Part shown: positions 61,559 through 64,000 of the stretch, piece after piece
Position numbering within the stretch: position 1 is the first letter of the stretch
How the letters are laid out: every line of letters starts with the position of its first letter
Translations under genes and position numbers: made by a program
Notes under the pieces: generated by a model
What the model was told of the DNA's origin: nothing
The model's database searches: none
What the model saw: only the letters and a program-made list of their open reading frames with translations
Assembly (NCBI GenBank): GCA_041746575.1
Contig: JBGTGT010000012.1
Coordinates: forward strand, 12,943 to 76,942
Origin: Microcystaceae cyanobacterium
Lineage (GTDB): Bacteria; Cyanobacteriota; Cyanobacteriia; Cyanobacteriales; Microcystaceae
Reading direction: 5' to 3'
Length of the DNA: 64,000 nt

Positions 61559-61640
61559 ATTTCTCAGCGTAGCGGCCCCGACTCCTTTATGATCAGGATG
61601 ATTTACTGTACAAACCTGTGAAGACCACGGAGGTTAACCC

Positions 61641-62393
61641 TTGGCTATTCCCCTTTTAGAATATGCTCCAAAGAGCCAAAACGTTCGCGTTGCTGGCTAT
61701 GAAGTTCCAGGAGACGAAAAACCCACTATTTACTGTACCGAAAATATTCTCTCTTCCGGTGACATGGGAAATCTGATTGAGGCGGCTTATCGTCAAATCT
61801 TCTTCCATGCCTTTAAATGGGATCGGGAAGTAACGCTGGAATCTCAATTGCGTAATGGTCAAATTACGGTGCGGGACTTCATTCGCGGCTTATTACTCTC
61901 TAAAACCTATATCAATAGCTTTTATGAAAAGAACAGTAACTATCGTTTTGTCGAACAGACTGTTCAACGGGTTTTAGGTCGGGATGTGTATAGCGAACGG
62001 GAAAAAATCGCTTGGTCGATTGTTATTGCGACCAAAGGGTATCAAGGTTTCGTTAATGCTTTGTTAGAAAGTGAAGAATACCTCTCTAGCTTTGGTTATG
62101 ATACCGTTCCCTATCAACGCCGTCGGATTTTACCCGGACGCACTCAAGGGGAAACTCCCTTTAATATTAAATCGCCCCGTTATGACGGTTACTATCGCGC
62201 CGTTTTGGGCTTCCCTCAAGTTGTTTGGCAAAATCAAGTCCGTCGTTATGTTCCTCAAGAACAGAAACCCAAAGAGGGCGATCCTTCTCGCTATTTACAG
62301 ATGGCGCAAAGCCTCTCCAGCGCAAGAGGGTCAGTCACCCCCACCATATCTGCGATGAACATTGACTATAATAATCTTGTTCCTCGTCGTTAA
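61641..62393 (+). CDS. cpcG: Phycobilisome rod-core linker CpcG (hydrophilic C-terminus, so CpcG1-type rather than CpcL)
   Basis: [43 protein letters not shown] start after GGAGG. Confidence 0.95.
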   Translation: MAIPLLEYAPKSQNVRVAGYEVPGDEKPTIYCTENILSSGDMGNLIEAAYRQIFFHAFKWDREVTLESQLRNGQITVRDFIRGLLLSKTYINSFYEKNSNYRFVEQTVQRVLGRDVYSEREKIAWSIVIATKGYQGFVNALLESEEYLSSFGYDTVPYQRRRILPGRTQGETPFNIKSPRYDGYYRAVLGFPQVVWQNQVRRYVPQEQKPKEGDPSRYLQMAQSLSSARGSVTPTISAMNIDYNNLVPRR

Positions 62394-62954
62394 TATCTTT
62401 TGTTGACCAATAATAGCCATTGGCTAACTTCAGAGGGAAAGTTGCAGATAAGCAAGATGATTTTCGGTTGAGTTATTTTGTTGATCGGTGACTTTCCCTT
62501 AATTAATCATCACTTGAATTAGAAAGATTAAGATCAAACCTGTCTATTTTTGAGTGAAAATCCTGAACGATCTTCTCCTCATTTTATTACTAATATAGGA
62601 AAAGGGATCTCTTTAATCTATTCAGCACAAGAGATACTGCTCAAACTTCAGACAATCAAGCAACTAAAACTGAGTAAACTCTTGAAAAAAGGAATTTTAG
62701 CTAGTCTCGGTAAGAAAACGTGATTTAGTAGCATTGAGAAAATAATTCTGTGAGAAATCGAGGATTTTTACATTGGGGAAGTCATTATAAGGACTCAGTA
62801 AAAACTCTAATCTGTATCCGTTATTTTACGGATATAAATCTCAAATTTGAGGAAAAAATCGCCATAATTACATAGTCCGAAAAATGGCATAGAAGGGAAC
62901 GCTGGGGAAAGAAATCCAGATAAAAGTTGACGTTTTCCCTTTATGGTTGCTGTT

Positions 62955-63196
62955 CTATCCTATCAAACTAAAGACTGTAGCGAGATTATTGGACAATTGG
63001 GTTATCTTTAACAGTCCCCCTAAGTAATGCCTAAATTCTGTTTTCTGCGCTTTAGTTTTGAAGCAATCATCAAATCGTTTGCACCCTTTCTTGAAGCATG
63101 GGGGCATAGCCGCAGGAGTCGTTTCTCTCATGATAGTCAATCTAGCGTAAAACGCTTATGCAATAACTATTATACCCCTATCTCGTTTAAGTCCCA
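62955..63196 (-). mobile_element. Truncated IS701-family remnant (left end and transposase N-terminus)
   Basis: MRETTPAAMPPCFKKGCKRFDDCFKTKAQKTEFRHYLGGLL from ATG 63131 resembles cyanobacterial IS701 transposase N-termini; possible terminus TGGGACTTAAAC at 63196-63185. Confidence 0.7.
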
Positions 63197-63363
63197 TTAA
63201 CTCACACTTTTAGGAAAATCAGTGATATCGTAGCTTATTATCTAGAATAAGCAATTCATTTTCTTTATCGAACTAATGTACTTTCTAGATCCTTAAATTT
63301 CGGCAAAGTGTTATCCGACTTTGAACATCGCCTCCCCTTACACTTAAATAGGAGTTCATTTCA

Positions 63364-63876
63364 ATGATCACAGGTGAGATTAAAGCCAAGGTAGATAAGC
63401 TTTGGACAACATTTTGGAATAACGGCATCAGTAATCCCCTCTCTGTGATCGAACAAATATCCTATTTACTGTTTATTAAAAGGCTCGACGATCTGGAGTT
63501 AGCCAAGGAAAGGAAAGCCCAGCGATTAGGGCAGCCAGTTAAGAATCCTATCTTTTCAGCAGAACAACAACGAATTCCCTACGGAAACGCTTCGCGAGCG
63601 CGCTGGTCGCATTTTAAGAACCTCACCGATGCCGAGGAAATGCTCAAGATTGTCCGCGATGAAGCTTTTCCTTTTATTAAGAACCTGGGTGGTACGGCAG
63701 CCGAAACAGCATACGCCCGACATATGAAGGATGCGGTGTTTTTAATTGCCAGTCCTGCCCTATTGACCAATGTGGTGACGCAAATTGAGCAGATTCCGAT
63801 GGAAGATCGGGATACCAAGGGCGACCTTTATGAGTATATGCTTTCCAAGCTGACTACCGCAGCTCTACAGTTGTAG
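63364..63876 (+). pseudogene. hsdM: Type I R-M methyltransferase HsdM, N-terminal part, interrupted at about 63862
   Basis: MITGEIKAKVDKLW..FWNNGISNPLSVIEQISYLLFIKRLD...DTKGDLYEYMLSKLTTA; the expected G..GQFRTP continuation is replaced by ALQL*. Confidence 0.85.
63574..63597 (+). repeat. Probable 24-nt small dispersed repeat inserted in frame in hsdM
   Basis: CGA-ATTCCCTACGGAAACGCTTCG-CGA with two mini-hairpins; adds IPYGNASR. Confidence 0.5.
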
Positions 63877-64000
63877 ATAGAAATTAGGGGGCTTGGGCAC
63901 GTTTGCAGTAGTGATAATAGCGAGCTACAGCCTGATGGGTTCTGCGCCAAAATGACCAATGCAAGATCGACTCTAAAGACCAGATGCGGGGAAACAGTAA
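63863..64000 (-). mobile_element. IS701-family element (right end and transposase C-terminus) inserted in hsdM; continues beyond the window
   Basis: Minus-strand frame 64000-63884 reads LLFPRIWSLESILHWSFWRRTHQAVARYYHYCKRAQAP* (WSxWRRxHQxxARxxHY motif), followed by ATCTACAACTGTAGAG at the hsdM breakpoint. Confidence 0.8.

Overview
Chromosomal window from a cyanobacterium, probably unicellular/Chroococcales-like. Evidence: many HIP1 octamers (GCGATCGC), acsF, the NDH-1(3) CO2-uptake operon ndhF3-ndhD3-cupA-cupS, and cpcS-cpcG. Most of it is conserved housekeeping: rpsA, grpE-dnaK divergent from pilB-pilT-pilC, cysS, a urate/purine cluster (NCS2 permease, hpxO, GntR), tRNA-Ser(UGA), gltD, wzm/wzt, recG and coaX. 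The standout is a tightly packed, AT-rich minus-strand operon at 23944-30802. It encodes a membrane-anchored vWA protein, a 1086-aa tubulin/FtsZ-like GTPase, a 3-TM MotA/ZorA-like protein with a ~400-aa helical tail, and a MotB/ZorB-like OmpA-domain protein. This looks like a Zorya-type ion-driven motor paired with a tubulin-like GTPase instead of the known Zorya effectors, and it lies directly downstream of a motif-degenerate PilB paralog. Features the ORF track misses or does not explain: a RoxA-like di-heme cytochrome c running off the left edge, a tRNA-Arg(CCU) split by a 264-nt group I intron, EVE and DUF29 pseudogenes, an internally deleted response regulator/diguanylate cyclase, and an hsdM broken by an IS701-family element at the right edge. 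All family assignments come from motif recognition by eye; no database searches were run.
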